A stretch of 53,171 nt of DNA from an uncultured Clostridia bacterium. Lineage in GTDB: Bacteria > Bacillota > Clostridia > Oscillospirales > Oscillospiraceae. The stretch spans positions 1 through 53,171 of the forward strand of contig CAMAZB010000001.1 in NCBI GenBank assembly GCA_945862785.1. The letters are read 5' to 3'. The position numbers and the translations under genes are program-made. Shown here piece by piece: positions 31,817 through 42,189 of this stretch (positions within the stretch are counted from its first letter, which is position 1; every line of letters starts with the position of its first letter). The notes below the pieces were generated by a model that searched no databases, was not told the DNA's origin, and saw only the letters and a list, made by a program, of their open reading frames with translations.

Positions 31817-32172
31817 CACGCTGGTTAACGTAAACCTGGTACTCAATAAATATAGTGCAATTTACCAAATTTATCAAGGAATTTACCTGAAAAACAAGTT
31901 TTTTGTAAGTTATGACAAAATGTTATGTAAACATATTTATGTTAACCGCTTAAACCTACAAAGCAGAGAGTTCCCTTTCCCCTTCCGAAAAGCCCACATT
32001 TAGGGGGAAGCCTTCATGCGGCAGCCTATATCTGCCGTCTCCTCTCTCCTCCCCGCGGCAAAAGGGCGCGTTTCAAAAAGGCCGCCGCAAAAAGCGGCGG
32101 TCTCTCAAAATTTGTGGAATTTCACAATGTATTTTTTGCCGCAGGTCCACAGCCGCCCGCAGCGCATCGGCC

Positions 32173-32595
32173 TTATTTGAATCTCGATGCATGATTTACG
32201 CGCTTCCCTTTCTTGCTGCGGCCCCGCCGGCTCCCGGCCAGAACTCCCGCCAGCAGGCCGCCCGCCAGAGCGCCCAGCAGCAGGACCCCCCCTCGGCCCA
32301 TCCAGGTGATGCCCTGCCAGCAGCCGGCGCCCACCGCCAGCAGCACGCCGGCAAAGCACCCCGAGACCGCCATCCCCGCCGGCAAAGGCGGCAGGGCCGG
32401 AACCGCCAGCAGGCCTCCGCACAGGGCGGACGCCACGCACAGCACCATCAGCACCGGGAAACCGGCTCTCTCCGGCACAGCACCCTTGACCATCAGCAGA
32501 GCCAGCAGGGCCGTTCCGCACAGGTACAACGCCAATGCCGCCAGCACACCTCTCGCCACGCCTTTCCAGGGCGCGGCCTTTCCTCCTTTTGCCAT
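32173..32595 (-). CDS. TIGR04086-like four-TM membrane protein
   Basis: Four hydrophobic helices, basic tail, lies downstream of yajC. Confidence 0.65.
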   Translation of the reverse strand: MAKGGKAAPWKGVARGVLAALALYLCGTALLALLMVKGAVPERAGFPVLMVLCVASALCGGLLAVPALPPLPAGMAVSGCFAGVLLAVGAGCWQGITWMGRGGVLLLGALAGGLLAGVLAGSRRGRSKKGKRVNHASRFK

Positions 32596-32672
32596 AAAAA
32601 AGCCTCCCTTGCAACACGCTCGTTACTGGAGCATATTCCAAGGGAGGTCCCATTTATGCTATTGCGCCGAAA

Positions 32673-33044
32673 TCACTTTTCCTCGGCAGTCTCGACAGTC
32701 TGGGCAGTCTCAGCCGCCTCGTCCTTCTTCTCTTCCTTCTTGCCTTCCTTCTTGGGCTCCTCAGGCTGCTCGCCGGTCTGGACGCCCACAGAGGACACAG
32801 CCCACTTGGTCAACTCCATGCGGACCCGGTCATCGCTGGTCTCGATCACAATGGTATCCTTGTTCACATGAACGATCTTTCCCACGATGCCGCCGATGGT
32901 GGTGACGGTGTCGCCCTTCTTCAGGCCGTCACGCATCTCCTGGGCCTTCTTCTTCCGCTTGTTCTCGGGACGGATCATGAGGAAATACATGATCGCGAAC
33001 ATCAGAACGATCATAATGATCATGGAACTACCTTCTGCACCCAT
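32673..33044 (-). CDS. yajC: Preprotein translocase subunit YajC
   Basis: YFLMIRP...LKKGDTVTTIGGIVGKI. Confidence 0.93.
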   Translation of the reverse strand: MGAEGSSMIIMIVLMFAIMYFLMIRPENKRKKKAQEMRDGLKKGDTVTTIGGIVGKIVHVNKDTIVIETSDDRVRMELTKWAVSSVGVQTGEQPEEPKKEGKKEEKKDEAAETAQTVETAEEK

Positions 33045-33149
33045 ATCAAAAAACTCCTTTTCCTTTGTAAATTTCACAAATACAGAATGATAACATTATA
33101 ACAGAGTTCAATTATTTTGCAAGAACTTTCTTTTCGGGACTCTTCCCCT

Positions 33150-34286
33150 TTACTGCGCCCGTTTTTCCAGCTCTCCGCTGTACCGGGCACGGAAGTCCGC
33201 GAAGGTCCCCTCGTCCAGAGCCCGGCGGATCTTCGCCATCAGGTCGTTGTAGAAATACAGATTGTGGAGCACCGCCAGCCGCAGGGCCAGCACCTCGTCA
33301 GCCTTGAACAGGTGCCGCAGGTAGGCCCGGGAGTAATTCCGGCACACCGGGCAGTTGCAACTCTCACTGACAGGCCGGTCATCGGTCTGGTACTTCTCGT
33401 TCAGGATGTTGACGGTCCCCTCCCAGGTGAACAGCTTGCCGTGGCGGCCGTTGCGGGAGGGCATGACGCAGTCGAAGAAGTCCACGCCCCGGCTGACAGC
33501 CTCGATAATGTTGCTGGGGGTACCCACGCCCATGAGATACCGGGGTTTTTCCGGGGGCATGTGAGGCTCCACCACGTCGATCATCTCGTACATGACCTCG
33601 GCAGGCTCGCCAACCGCCAGGCCGCCGATGGCGAAGCCGTCGCAGTCGATCTTGGCGATCTGCTGCATGTGCCAGGCCCGCAGGTCGGCAAACGTCGCGC
33701 CCTGGTTGATGCCGAAGAGCATCTGCCTGGGGTTCACCGTATCCGGCAGACTGTTGAGGCGGTCGTGCTCTGCCTTGCACCGCTCCAGCCAGCGCAGAGT
33801 CCGCTCACAGCTGGCCTTGGCGTACTCATAGGGAGCGGGGTTCTCCACGCACTCGTCGAAGGCCATGGCGATGTCGCTGCCCAGATTGGACTGGATCTGC
33901 ATGGACTCCTCGGGGCCCATGAAAATCTTGTGCCCATCGATGTGGGAGGCGAAATACACGCCCTCCTCCTTGATCTTCCGCAAAGACGCCAGGGAAAACA
34001 CCTGGAACCCGCCGGAGTCCGTCAGGATAGGGCCGTCCCAGTTCATGAACTTGTGAAGGCCTCCCATCTGCCGCACGATCTTATCGCCGGGACGCAGGTG
34101 CAGATGGTAGGTGTTGCTCAGCTCGATCTGGCAGCCCACTTCTTTCAAATCGTGGGCGGAGACGCCGCCCTTGATGGCGGCCTGGGTGCCCACGTTCATG
34201 AAAACCGGCGTCTGGACGGTACCGCCGTGGGCGCAGGAAAATTCGCCGCGCCGGGCACGGCCTTCGGTTTTGAGTACTTTGAACAT
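33150..34286 (-). CDS. tgt: tRNA-guanine transglycosylase
   Basis: NTYHL, TDSGGFQVFSL, GGLAVGE, DCVMP, CNCPVC...LHN. Confidence 0.96.
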   Translation of the reverse strand: MFKVLKTEGRARRGEFSCAHGGTVQTPVFMNVGTQAAIKGGVSAHDLKEVGCQIELSNTYHLHLRPGDKIVRQMGGLHKFMNWDGPILTDSGGFQVFSLASLRKIKEEGVYFASHIDGHKIFMGPEESMQIQSNLGSDIAMAFDECVENPAPYEYAKASCERTLRWLERCKAEHDRLNSLPDTVNPRQMLFGINQGATFADLRAWHMQQIAKIDCDGFAIGGLAVGEPAEVMYEMIDVVEPHMPPEKPRYLMGVGTPSNIIEAVSRGVDFFDCVMPSRNGRHGKLFTWEGTVNILNEKYQTDDRPVSESCNCPVCRNYSRAYLRHLFKADEVLALRLAVLHNLYFYNDLMAKIRRALDEGTFADFRARYSGELEKRAQ

Positions 34287-34355
34287 ATTTCTTCTCGTTT
34301 CTTATACTAATTTTAATAAAACAATTGCATCGTTTGTTTTGATGAAAGAATCGTA

Positions 34356-34613
34356 TTACGTTTTTACGCGGTCAAAAAGGCCCGCAACTCCGCCTTCCGC
34401 TCCGGGGACAGGTCCTTCTTGGGGGATGCCCGCATCGGCTCCCGCCAGGGCGGTGAGCTGGTGGAGACAGGCACCGCTGTCCACCCGGGCCCGGATACGG
34501 AGCCAGGCCTCACAGGCACCCACGGCCCGCAGCTCCTCCGGAGTGTTGATGTCCACCCGGCGCAGGTTGTCCGCCAGGACGGGGCCGATATTGGGCAGGT
34601 CTGTCAGTTCCAT
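34356..34613 (-). CDS. TfoX/Sxy C-terminal domain protein, probably frameshifted near its 3' end
   Basis: LTDLPNIGPVLA..L...I.T.EEL..VGA; removing one C at 34421-34425 restores IPKKDLSPERKAEL. Confidence 0.75.
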   Translation of the reverse strand: MELTDLPNIGPVLADNLRRVDINTPEELRAVGACEAWLRIRARVDSGACLHQLTALAGADAGIPQEGPVPGAEGGVAGLFDRVKT

Positions 34614-34714
34614 GCCGCACCTCCCATGATGTGCTGTTTGTATTATAATACACCGGCCCGGCAGGCGCAAGACGGAAAAGCAGAGCCTTTCACCGTTCGG
34701 CAAACCGGAATTCA

Positions 34715-34927
34715 TCACTCTTGGAAATAAAATAATTCTTCAAATTTCTTGTTCAAGGCGATACACAATATCAGCGCCAGCTTGGCGGTAGGGTTAAACT
34801 GCCCGGTTTCAATTGAACTAATCGTATTTCTGGATACACCGACCATTTCAGCCAACTGTGTTTGCGACATACCAGACTGCGCCCGTGCTTCTTTCAACCT
34901 GTTTTTCAGTATTAATTCATCATTCAT
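34715..34927 (-). CDS. XRE/Cro-family transcriptional regulator
   Basis: LKNRLKEAR...SQTQLAEMVGVSRNTISSIETGQFNPT. Confidence 0.9.
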   Translation of the reverse strand: MNDELILKNRLKEARAQSGMSQTQLAEMVGVSRNTISSIETGQFNPTAKLALILCIALNKKFEELFYFQE

Positions 34928-34931
34928 CTGT

Positions 34932-35252
34932 TTATCCCACCAGTCTGATTAGAAACAATACGGCAAATATGATAAACAACACAGTATAAAGGACTGCAAC
35001 CCATAATTCGTGCTTACTGTGAAGTTTTACATATTTTACTATGAAGGTCGTAGCCAAAATACTGAAATAAATCATCCAGCTTTCAAAGCTGATTGCGTCA
35101 GTAAAAATCACTTGCAGAATTGCCGCAATACAGCATACAAGCATCCCGACCTTGGCCGCAATTTTACCGGCAGCAGCCATTACATACTGCTCCATCTCGT
35201 CGGGACCTTGATTCTCCCGTCTGCTCTTTTCAAGAATATCGTCTTTGTTCAT
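34932..35252 (-). CDS. DUF6442-like small membrane protein
   Basis: MNKDDILEKSRRENQG.DEME followed by 3 TM helices; AAGGAGG RBS. Confidence 0.75.
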   Translation of the reverse strand: MNKDDILEKSRRENQGPDEMEQYVMAAAGKIAAKVGMLVCCIAAILQVIFTDAISFESWMIYFSILATTFIVKYVKLHSKHELWVAVLYTVLFIIFAVLFLIRLVG

Positions 35253-35265
35253 GGAATAGCCTCCT

Positions 35266-35339
35266 TGCCAAGTTTTATTGGCATTATTATAGCGATGCCA
35301 AGTATTCTTGTCAATACATTTTACCAAGTTTTCTTTGCA
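35266..35339 (-). promoter_or_regulatory. Consensus SigA promoter overlapped by three palindromic operators
   Basis: Minus strand TTGACA(35309-14)-N17-TATAAT(35286-91); TGCCAA-N6-TTGGCA-type sites at 35266, 35296 and 35322. Confidence 0.8.
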
Positions 35340-35551
35340 AAAAGACAGCCAGTTATTCACTGGCTGTCTTGCGTAAATTTCGATTTGTCACGTTCATGAT
35401 ACTACATGATGGAACTCTCCACAACAAAGATAGCCAGTGGAATCGACCAAAGTTTTCTATCAGGCAAAATGGCAAAAGAAGCACGCATGCGCCGCGGAAT
35501 TTCCGCTCCTGGCAAAAACCGCCCGCCCCGGGGCTGGGGCAGGCGGTTGGT

Positions 35552-36436
35552 TCAGGCGGATTCCTCCGCCGGATTCACATGTACCATGCAGTGCTTCACC
35601 TGGGGGAACTGGGCCTCCAGGGCATCGTGGACGGCCTGAGCGGTGGCGTGGGTCACCTTCAGGGGCAGGTCGCCGTCAGCCCGGATCTCCACGTCCACAT
35701 ATACCCGGTCGCCAAACAGGCGGGTATTCAGGGTGTCCAGGCCCAGTACGCCGGGCTGGGACAGGACGGATTCCGCCATCTCCTGCACCAGAGCAGGCGG
35801 GCAGGCGTGGTCGGTCATCTTCCCCAAGGCGTCCGCCAGGATGTCCCAGGCGGCCTTCAGGATGAACAGGCAGATGACCACGCTGGCCACGGGGTCCAGA
35901 GCCGGAAAGCCCAGCCGGGCGCCCAGGATGCCCGCGAAGCTGCCTACGGAGGACAGCGCGTCGGAGCGGTGGTGCCAAGCCTCCGCCTTCAGGGCGCTGG
36001 AGTCGATCTTCTTCGCCGCCAGCCAGGTGTACCAGAACATGGCCTCCTTCACCACGATGGAGACAGCGGCTGCAATCAGGGCCAGCGTCCCGGGTATCAG
36101 CAGTTCCTCACCACCGGTGATCTTCCGGATGCCGCTCAAGCCGATGCCAAAGCCCGTGGCGGCCAGAATCACACCCAGGATCAGCGCCGCCACGCACTCC
36201 AACCGCTCGTGACCGTAGGGATGGTCCCGGTCGGCGTCCCGGCCCGCCAGCTTCACGCCCAAAATGACGATGAAGGTAGCCAGCACATCAGACGCGGAGT
36301 GGACAGCGTCGGAGATCATGGCGCCGGAGTGAGCCACAAAGCCCGCCACGAACTTGAAGCCCGCCAGAACCAGGTTGATGATGATGGTGACCGTGGATAC
36401 ATTGACTGCGATTTTTTCATGCTGTTTGGGGTCCAT
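35552..36436 (-). CDS. Cation diffusion facilitator (CDF) metal exporter
   Basis: SDAVHSASD, HPYGHERLE, WHHRSD, C-terminal dimerisation domain. Confidence 0.93.
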   Translation of the reverse strand: MDPKQHEKIAVNVSTVTIIINLVLAGFKFVAGFVAHSGAMISDAVHSASDVLATFIVILGVKLAGRDADRDHPYGHERLECVAALILGVILAATGFGIGLSGIRKITGGEELLIPGTLALIAAAVSIVVKEAMFWYTWLAAKKIDSSALKAEAWHHRSDALSSVGSFAGILGARLGFPALDPVASVVICLFILKAAWDILADALGKMTDHACPPALVQEMAESVLSQPGVLGLDTLNTRLFGDRVYVDVEIRADGDLPLKVTHATAQAVHDALEAQFPQVKHCMVHVNPAEESA

Positions 36437-36654
36437 AAGTTACCTCCCGAAATGTATTTGGCAGATAGCTCTATGGCACTTCATCGGTGACATCCTGTTC
36501 CGCGAAAAAGAGTGCAAAACTTCATGTGCAGAAGGGTGTACCGATAAGTGTCGGAAAGCACTGTTGTGCATGAAGTTTTTTGTGCATCATTTCCTGTTGC
36601 CCCACAAGGGGCGAGGAAATTGCACATCCATCATTTTTTGCTATGCCTTTGCAT

Positions 36655-36772
36655 AGCAAAAAAGCACACCCGCAGCACAGGTAGCACTGTCCCGCAGATG
36701 TGTTTCATCCGCTGCCGCGCAAGGCGGCCCGACGCACAGGCTTTCTGGCCTGTCGTCTGCTCAGTTTGTACT
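36655..36772 (-). ncRNA. NiCo (czcD-type) metal-sensing riboswitch with overlapping terminator
   Basis: Minus strand AGTACAAACTGAGCAG...GGGCC...GCAGCGG...CTGCGGGACAGT, then a hairpin plus U-run; upstream of a CDF gene. Confidence 0.85.
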
Positions 36773-36949
36773 GTTGTCCGGCGCTTTTCCAAGAAAAGCG
36801 TGATGCAGTGCAAAGAGGGTTATCCATACCTTAGCATATGCAAAAACGGCTGTCAAGTTGTTTCGCAAACGTTTGTATATGCTAACTTTGAATTTTTTAT
36901 AAAAAAGAATTCCCACCCGGGACAGGTGGGAATTCCCTGGAAAGTTTTG

Positions 36950-37975
36950 TCAAGAAATGAACATCGCATCTCCGAAGCTGAAGAAGCGGTACCGCTCCTT
37001 CACCGCCTCCTGATATGCCGCCAGGACATGCTCGCGGCCTGCGAAAGCGGACACCAGCATAATGAGGGTGCTCTCCGGCAGGTGGAAGTTGGTCACCAGG
37101 CCGTCCATCACCTTGAACTTGTAGCCAGGATAGATATAGATGCTGGTCCAGCCGCCTTTGGCCTCCATGTGGCCGTCCTCCGCCGCCCAGCTCTCCAGCG
37201 TCCGGCAGGAAGTGGTGCCCACGCAGATGACCCGCCCGCCGTTGGCTTTGGTTCGGTTGATGAGGTCCGCCGTCTCCTGGGAGATGACGCAGTACTCGCT
37301 GTGCATCTCGTGGTCGGTGATCTCCTCCTCCTTCACGGGGCGGAAGGTACCCAGGCCCACATGGAGGGTCACATACCCGATGCCCACGCCCTTGGCTGCG
37401 ATCTTCTCCAGCAGCTCCGGGGTGAAGTGCAGGCCCGCCGTGGGGGCCGCCGCGCTGCCCAGGACCTTGGAGTAGACGGTCTGATACCGCTCCTGGTCCT
37501 GCAGCTCCTCCTTGATATAGGGCGGCAGGGGCATTTTGCCCAGGTGCTCCAGCACCTCCAGGAAGATGCCCTCGTAGTCGAAGCGCACCATCCGGTTGCC
37601 GTCGGGCAGCTCCTCCACCACCTCGGCGGTCAGTTCCCCGTTGCCGAAGCGCAGCTTCGCCCCTGTACGCATCTTCCGGCCCGGGCGCACCAGGCACTCC
37701 CAGGTCTTGTTGCCCCGGTCGATCAGCAGCAGCACCTCGCAGGCGCCGCCGCCGGGCAGCCTCTGGCCCAGCAGGCGGGCGGGCAGCACCCGGGAGTCGT
37801 TCAGAATCAGGCAGTCGCCGGGATTCAGAAAGTCCGGCAGCTCGTAGAAGTGATGGTGACCGGTCTCCCCTGTCTTCCGGTCCAGCGTCATCAGGCGGGA
37901 GGTGTCCCGCTTGTCCAGGGGCGTCTGGGCGATCAGCTCCTGGGGAAGGTCATAGTAAAAATCGCTTGTTTTCAT
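36950..37975 (-). CDS. queA: S-adenosylmethionine:tRNA ribosyltransferase-isomerase
   Basis: [45 protein letters not shown]; terminator at 36900-36935. Confidence 0.97.
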   Translation of the reverse strand: MKTSDFYYDLPQELIAQTPLDKRDTSRLMTLDRKTGETGHHHFYELPDFLNPGDCLILNDSRVLPARLLGQRLPGGGACEVLLLIDRGNKTWECLVRPGRKMRTGAKLRFGNGELTAEVVEELPDGNRMVRFDYEGIFLEVLEHLGKMPLPPYIKEELQDQERYQTVYSKVLGSAAAPTAGLHFTPELLEKIAAKGVGIGYVTLHVGLGTFRPVKEEEITDHEMHSEYCVISQETADLINRTKANGGRVICVGTTSCRTLESWAAEDGHMEAKGGWTSIYIYPGYKFKVMDGLVTNFHLPESTLIMLVSAFAGREHVLAAYQEAVKERYRFFSFGDAMFIS

Positions 37976-37988
37976 GGTACTCCTGTTC

Positions 37989-39665
37989 TCACCGGATGGT
38001 GATGTCCGTATAATAGAATTTGAGGATCTCCTCATAATCATAACCGTCCTCGGCCATGGCTTTGGCGCCGTACTGGCTCATGCCCACATTGTGGCCTCTT
38101 CCGGTACCTGTAATGGTAAAGGTGCCGTCCTTGGAGGTGGTAGGCTTCGCGCTTCCCCCAGACGCCGAAACAACGGAAACGCCGGAGGATGTGATGATGC
38201 TGACGCCGCCCCCGTCCAGCCCGGAAACCTTCCCGCTGCCGGAGATGACGGACACACCGTCCAGCTCACCCAGCACTGTGCTGCCGTTGACCATCACGGA
38301 GCCGGTACCGGAGGGCCCGCCGCCGCTGATGGAGAAGCGCAGGCTTTGGACAGACTTTCCATAGGTGCTGCTGTAAAAAATGCTGCGGCAGTTATCACCG
38401 CTGGCTGTCACGGTGCCCCGGGTGCCCTCAAAGGTCACTTTCTTCACGTTGCCCACCGGGGTGTACTCCGAGACATAGACGTTCTGCACCGTACCGATGT
38501 TCTTGCCGCCGGTCATGGAGGGCTTCTGCTCCAAAATCCATGTCAGCTCATCGGCGGTGTAGGTGACAGACCATCTGTAATTGGGGATACTGATCTGGCT
38601 CTCGTAGGGGTCCTTCTTCCCTTTCAGATAGCCCTTGTCGGTACCCCAGACGTTGGCCGCGTCCTCCGTGGCACCGCCGTCGGAGGAGTGGTACACGGCA
38701 TCCTGCACCAGGTCGCCGTAGTAGTACAGCATCTCCCCCGCCGTCTCCTCCACCGCCGCGTCGCTCGTCTCGGTGGCGGAAGTGCCGCCGCTGCCCTGGC
38801 CGTAATAGACCTGGCAGCAGGTGGTATTGCATACGTCGAAGCCGTAGACGGACAGATGCTTGCTGGTCCGGCAGGCATAGGTGCGGGCGCAGACCGCCTG
38901 GGCCTTCAGGGCCTCCAGAGGCCAGTTCCCGTTCATCTCATAGGGGATGACACCCTTCACATAGGATTCCAGGTCCAGCACATTATAGACATTCAAATTA
39001 CCGCCGGTGACTCTGGGATAGGCAAAGGCACCGCCGTATTTGTAACCCTTGAACCATGTGGAGCTCTCTCCCCGCTTTCCCTCCGGCTGCACCGCAAGGT
39101 CCAGCATGCCGCCGCAGTCGAACTCAAACAGCACGTCAGTGGTGCGGGTCACCGTCACCATCACGCCGGTGGAGGAGGATCGCTCCGCATAGCCCTCGCC
39201 CAGCCGGTCGGCGGCATCCTGGGCCTCGGACTTGGAGCCGTAGCAGCCCACCCGGACCACATATTCCCAGTTCACCCAGGCGGGATAGCCGCCGTAGTCC
39301 TCAGCGGCGTCCAGAGCGGTCTCATAGTCCCGAAAACCGTCGATCTGGACATGCCAGGGGCCCAGGTACTCCCCGCCGCCGTCGGAGGAATATGTACCGC
39401 TGCCGCCCATATAAATATCACCGGCAGCAGTCATGGAGATGGCAGTTTCCTCCGTCCAGCCCACGGACTCAAATTTCCTATCCTCGTCGAACCAGCCGAA
39501 CTCGAAGCCCTTGCCCAGCGCGTTCTCCAGATTGGCGGAGAACATGGCCGAGGAGCCGTACCGCAGGCCCACAATGACGGTATCGTTGGACACGGCGGAC
39601 GCCGAAACAGCGCTCAAGGCGAAAAATGTCACAACAAAGAGCAGCATCAGCAGTTTCTTTTTCAT
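37989..39665 (-). CDS. SpoIID/LytB domain protein
   Basis: Signal peptide, [40 protein letters not shown]. Confidence 0.9.
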   Translation of the reverse strand: MKKKLLMLLFVVTFFALSAVSASAVSNDTVIVGLRYGSSAMFSANLENALGKGFEFGWFDEDRKFESVGWTEETAISMTAAGDIYMGGSGTYSSDGGGEYLGPWHVQIDGFRDYETALDAAEDYGGYPAWVNWEYVVRVGCYGSKSEAQDAADRLGEGYAERSSSTGVMVTVTRTTDVLFEFDCGGMLDLAVQPEGKRGESSTWFKGYKYGGAFAYPRVTGGNLNVYNVLDLESYVKGVIPYEMNGNWPLEALKAQAVCARTYACRTSKHLSVYGFDVCNTTCCQVYYGQGSGGTSATETSDAAVEETAGEMLYYYGDLVQDAVYHSSDGGATEDAANVWGTDKGYLKGKKDPYESQISIPNYRWSVTYTADELTWILEQKPSMTGGKNIGTVQNVYVSEYTPVGNVKKVTFEGTRGTVTASGDNCRSIFYSSTYGKSVQSLRFSISGGGPSGTGSVMVNGSTVLGELDGVSVISGSGKVSGLDGGGVSIITSSGVSVVSASGGSAKPTTSKDGTFTITGTGRGHNVGMSQYGAKAMAEDGYDYEEILKFYYTDITIR

Positions 39666-39870
39666 GGAACCTCCCAATATCCGCCGCCTTGACGGCAGGC
39701 GCAAAGCATGGTACTATACATGCAAGATACAAATGTCCGTCTCACAAGCACAGTCTGTGAGCTTTTATGTTTACCTCATTATAGTACAAACCGAGGACAC
39801 GTTCAACAAAAATCGGCGGAAAACCTGTTCATTTTCAGATTCCGCCATATCACAGCAGGAGGAGATTCTT

Positions 39871-40962
39871 ATGAAACAGTACAAAGTCGGCATCATCGGA
39901 GGCACGGGCATGGTGGGCCAGCGCTTCATCACCCTGATGGAAAATCACCCCTGGTTCCAGCTTACCGCCATCGCCGCCAGCGCCCGCAGCGCCGGCAAGA
40001 CCTACGAGGAGGCCGTGGAGGGCCGCTGGGCGCTGGACATCCCCATGCCCGAGGAGGCCAAGAAGATCGTGGTGCTGGACGCCGAGGCCGACGCCGAGAA
40101 GATGGCGGAGCTGGTGGACTTCTGCTTCTGCGCCGTGGATATGAAGAAGGAAGAGATCCGCGCCCTGGAGGAAAAGTACGCCAAGCTGGAGTGCCCCATC
40201 GTCTCCAACAACTCCGCCAACCGCTGGACCGACGACGTGCCCATGGTGGTGCCGGAGATCAACGCCGACCACATCGCCATCATCGACGCGCAGCGCAAGC
40301 GCCTGGGCACCAAGCGGGGCTTCGTGGCGGTCAAATCCAACTGCTCCCTCCAGAGCTATGTCCCCGCCCTGCATCCCCTGCTGAAATACGGTCTGGACAA
40401 GGCGCTGGTCTGCACCTATCAGGCCATCTCCGGCGCGGGCAAGACCTTCCAGCGCTGGCCTGAGATGGTGGACAACTGCATCCCCTACATCGGCGGCGAG
40501 GAGGAAAAGAGCGAGCAGGAGCCTCTGAAGCTGTGGGGCCACATCGAGGGCGACAAGATCGTCAAGGCGGAAGGGCCCTCCATCACCGCCCAGTGCTTCC
40601 GGGTGGCCTGCCAGGACGGCCACATGGCCGCCGTGTTCATGAAGTTCAAGGACGGCCAGAAGCCCTCCATGGAGCAAATCAAGGCTGACTGGGCCGCTTT
40701 CCGGGGCCCCGCCCAGGAACTGGAGCTGCCCTCCGCCCCCAAGCAGTTCCTCCACTATTTTGAGGAGGAGAACCGTCCCCAGACCCGTCTGGACCGAAAT
40801 CTGGAGCACGGCATGGCGGTGTCCATCGGCCGTCTGCGGCCCGACACCCAGTACGACTACAAGTTCGTCTGCCTGAGCCACAACACCCTGCGGGGCGCCG
40901 CCGGCGGCGCGGTGCTCCTGGCCGAGCTGCTGTGCAAAAAGGGTTACATTGAGGCGAAGTAA
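39871..40962 (+). CDS. asd: Aspartate-semialdehyde dehydrogenase
   Basis: GGTGMVGQRF, VPEIN, SNC, QAISGAG, HNTLRGAAGG; terminator at 40986-41020. Confidence 0.95.
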   Translation: MKQYKVGIIGGTGMVGQRFITLMENHPWFQLTAIAASARSAGKTYEEAVEGRWALDIPMPEEAKKIVVLDAEADAEKMAELVDFCFCAVDMKKEEIRALEEKYAKLECPIVSNNSANRWTDDVPMVVPEINADHIAIIDAQRKRLGTKRGFVAVKSNCSLQSYVPALHPLLKYGLDKALVCTYQAISGAGKTFQRWPEMVDNCIPYIGGEEEKSEQEPLKLWGHIEGDKIVKAEGPSITAQCFRVACQDGHMAAVFMKFKDGQKPSMEQIKADWAAFRGPAQELELPSAPKQFLHYFEEENRPQTRLDRNLEHGMAVSIGRLRPDTQYDYKFVCLSHNTLRGAAGGAVLLAELLCKKGYIEAK

Positions 40963-41136
40963 GCGCTACATACTCCATCACGAAGGAAAGAGGATGCCCG
41001 ATCCGGGCATCCTCTTTTTTCATAAGCAGGACAGGTTTTGCATGGTTTTTCGCACATTTTCCGATGATACTGCATAAAGTAATCCTGTACAATTTGTGTC
41101 AACGCGAAAAATTCCGGACTGTATAGGAGGTACGAT

Positions 41137-42027
41137 ATGCGGAATCCCATTTTTACCGGTTCCGGCACAGCCATCGTCACGCCCTTCCGCAACGGCACCG
41201 TGGATCTGAATGCCTTTGGGCGTCTGCTGGACTTCCAGATCTCCGGCGGGACCGACGCCATCATCGTCTGCGGTACCACGGGCGAGGCCAGCACCATGAC
41301 CTACGGTGAGCGGATGCGGACCATCGAATACTGTGTGGATCATGTGAACGGCCGGGTGCCGGTCATCGCCGGCAGCGGCTCCAACGCCACATCCAACGCC
41401 ATCGCCCTCAGCCGGGACGCGGAGCGGGCCGGGGCCGACGGGCTGCTGGTGGTAACGCCATATTACAACAAGGCCACGCAGGCCGGGCTGGTCAGGCACT
41501 ACACCGCCATCGCCGACGCGGTGACAAAGCCCGTCATCCTCTATGATGTTCCCTCCCGCACCGGCGTCACCATCGCGCCGGAGACCTATGCCCAGCTTTC
41601 CAGGCATCCCAATATCAACGGCGTCAAGGAAGCGGGGGGCAATCTCAGCAGCATCCAAAAGACCCGGAACCTCTGTCCCGATGATTTCTCCATCTGGTCC
41701 GGCAACGACGACGAGACAGCCGCCATTTGCCTTTTAGGCGGAAAGGGCGTCATTTCCGTAGTGGCCAACGTGGCGCCGGACCGCATGCATCAACTGGTAC
41801 GGCTGTGCCTTGTGGGCGACTTTGCCGCCGCGGGTAAATTACAGCTTGAGCTGAAAGAACTGTGCGATGCGCTGTTCTGCGAGGTGAACCCCATCCCGGT
41901 AAAAACGGCGCTGAATCTGATGGGGATGGAAGCAGGGGACCTGCGCCTGCCCCTGTGCGAGCCCAGTGAGGCCAACCTGGAGCGGATCCGGCGGACGCTG
42001 GTAAAATACGGGCTGTTGGAAAACTGA
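41137..42027 (+). CDS. dapA: 4-hydroxy-tetrahydrodipicolinate synthase
   Basis: CGTTGE, TPYYNK, YDVPSRT, GVKEA, EVNPIPVK. Confidence 0.95.
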   Translation: MRNPIFTGSGTAIVTPFRNGTVDLNAFGRLLDFQISGGTDAIIVCGTTGEASTMTYGERMRTIEYCVDHVNGRVPVIAGSGSNATSNAIALSRDAERAGADGLLVVTPYYNKATQAGLVRHYTAIADAVTKPVILYDVPSRTGVTIAPETYAQLSRHPNINGVKEAGGNLSSIQKTRNLCPDDFSIWSGNDDETAAICLLGGKGVISVVANVAPDRMHQLVRLCLVGDFAAAGKLQLELKELCDALFCEVNPIPVKTALNLMGMEAGDLRLPLCEPSEANLERIRRTLVKYGLLEN

Positions 42028-42103
42028 AATACCCCCTGGCGCTCCCGGCCCGAGAACCGTCAGGCACCCGGGAGTCCACGAGAAAGCATCGTAAAATTTT
42101 ATC

Positions 42104-42171
42104 GAATTTTTGTTCGATTTCTCTTGACAGGAACGTTTGTTCGAGTTATATTGTGTATAGAACAAAAGTTC
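42104..42171 (+). promoter_or_regulatory. SigA promoter with three LexA (SOS/Cheo) boxes
   Basis: TTGACA(42124)-N17-TATATT; GAATTTTTGTTC at 42104, GAACGTTTGTTC at 42131, GAACAAAAGTTC at 42160. Confidence 0.85.
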
Positions 42172-42189
42172 TAAAAGGAGGAACATACG

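Noticed and set aside
31900-31950. A complete dif site
   Set aside because: Only XerD-like arms in tandem; no XerC arm with a 6-bp spacer
32100-32200. Expected SCIFF (six-cysteine) peptide gene after the TIGR04086-like gene
   Set aside because: No Cys-rich CQTSCQSACK-like ORF was found here
39700-39870. Lysine riboswitch before asd (and glycine riboswitch before the AGCS symporter at ~11210-11320)
   Set aside because: Leaders are short and lack recognisable aptamer motifs
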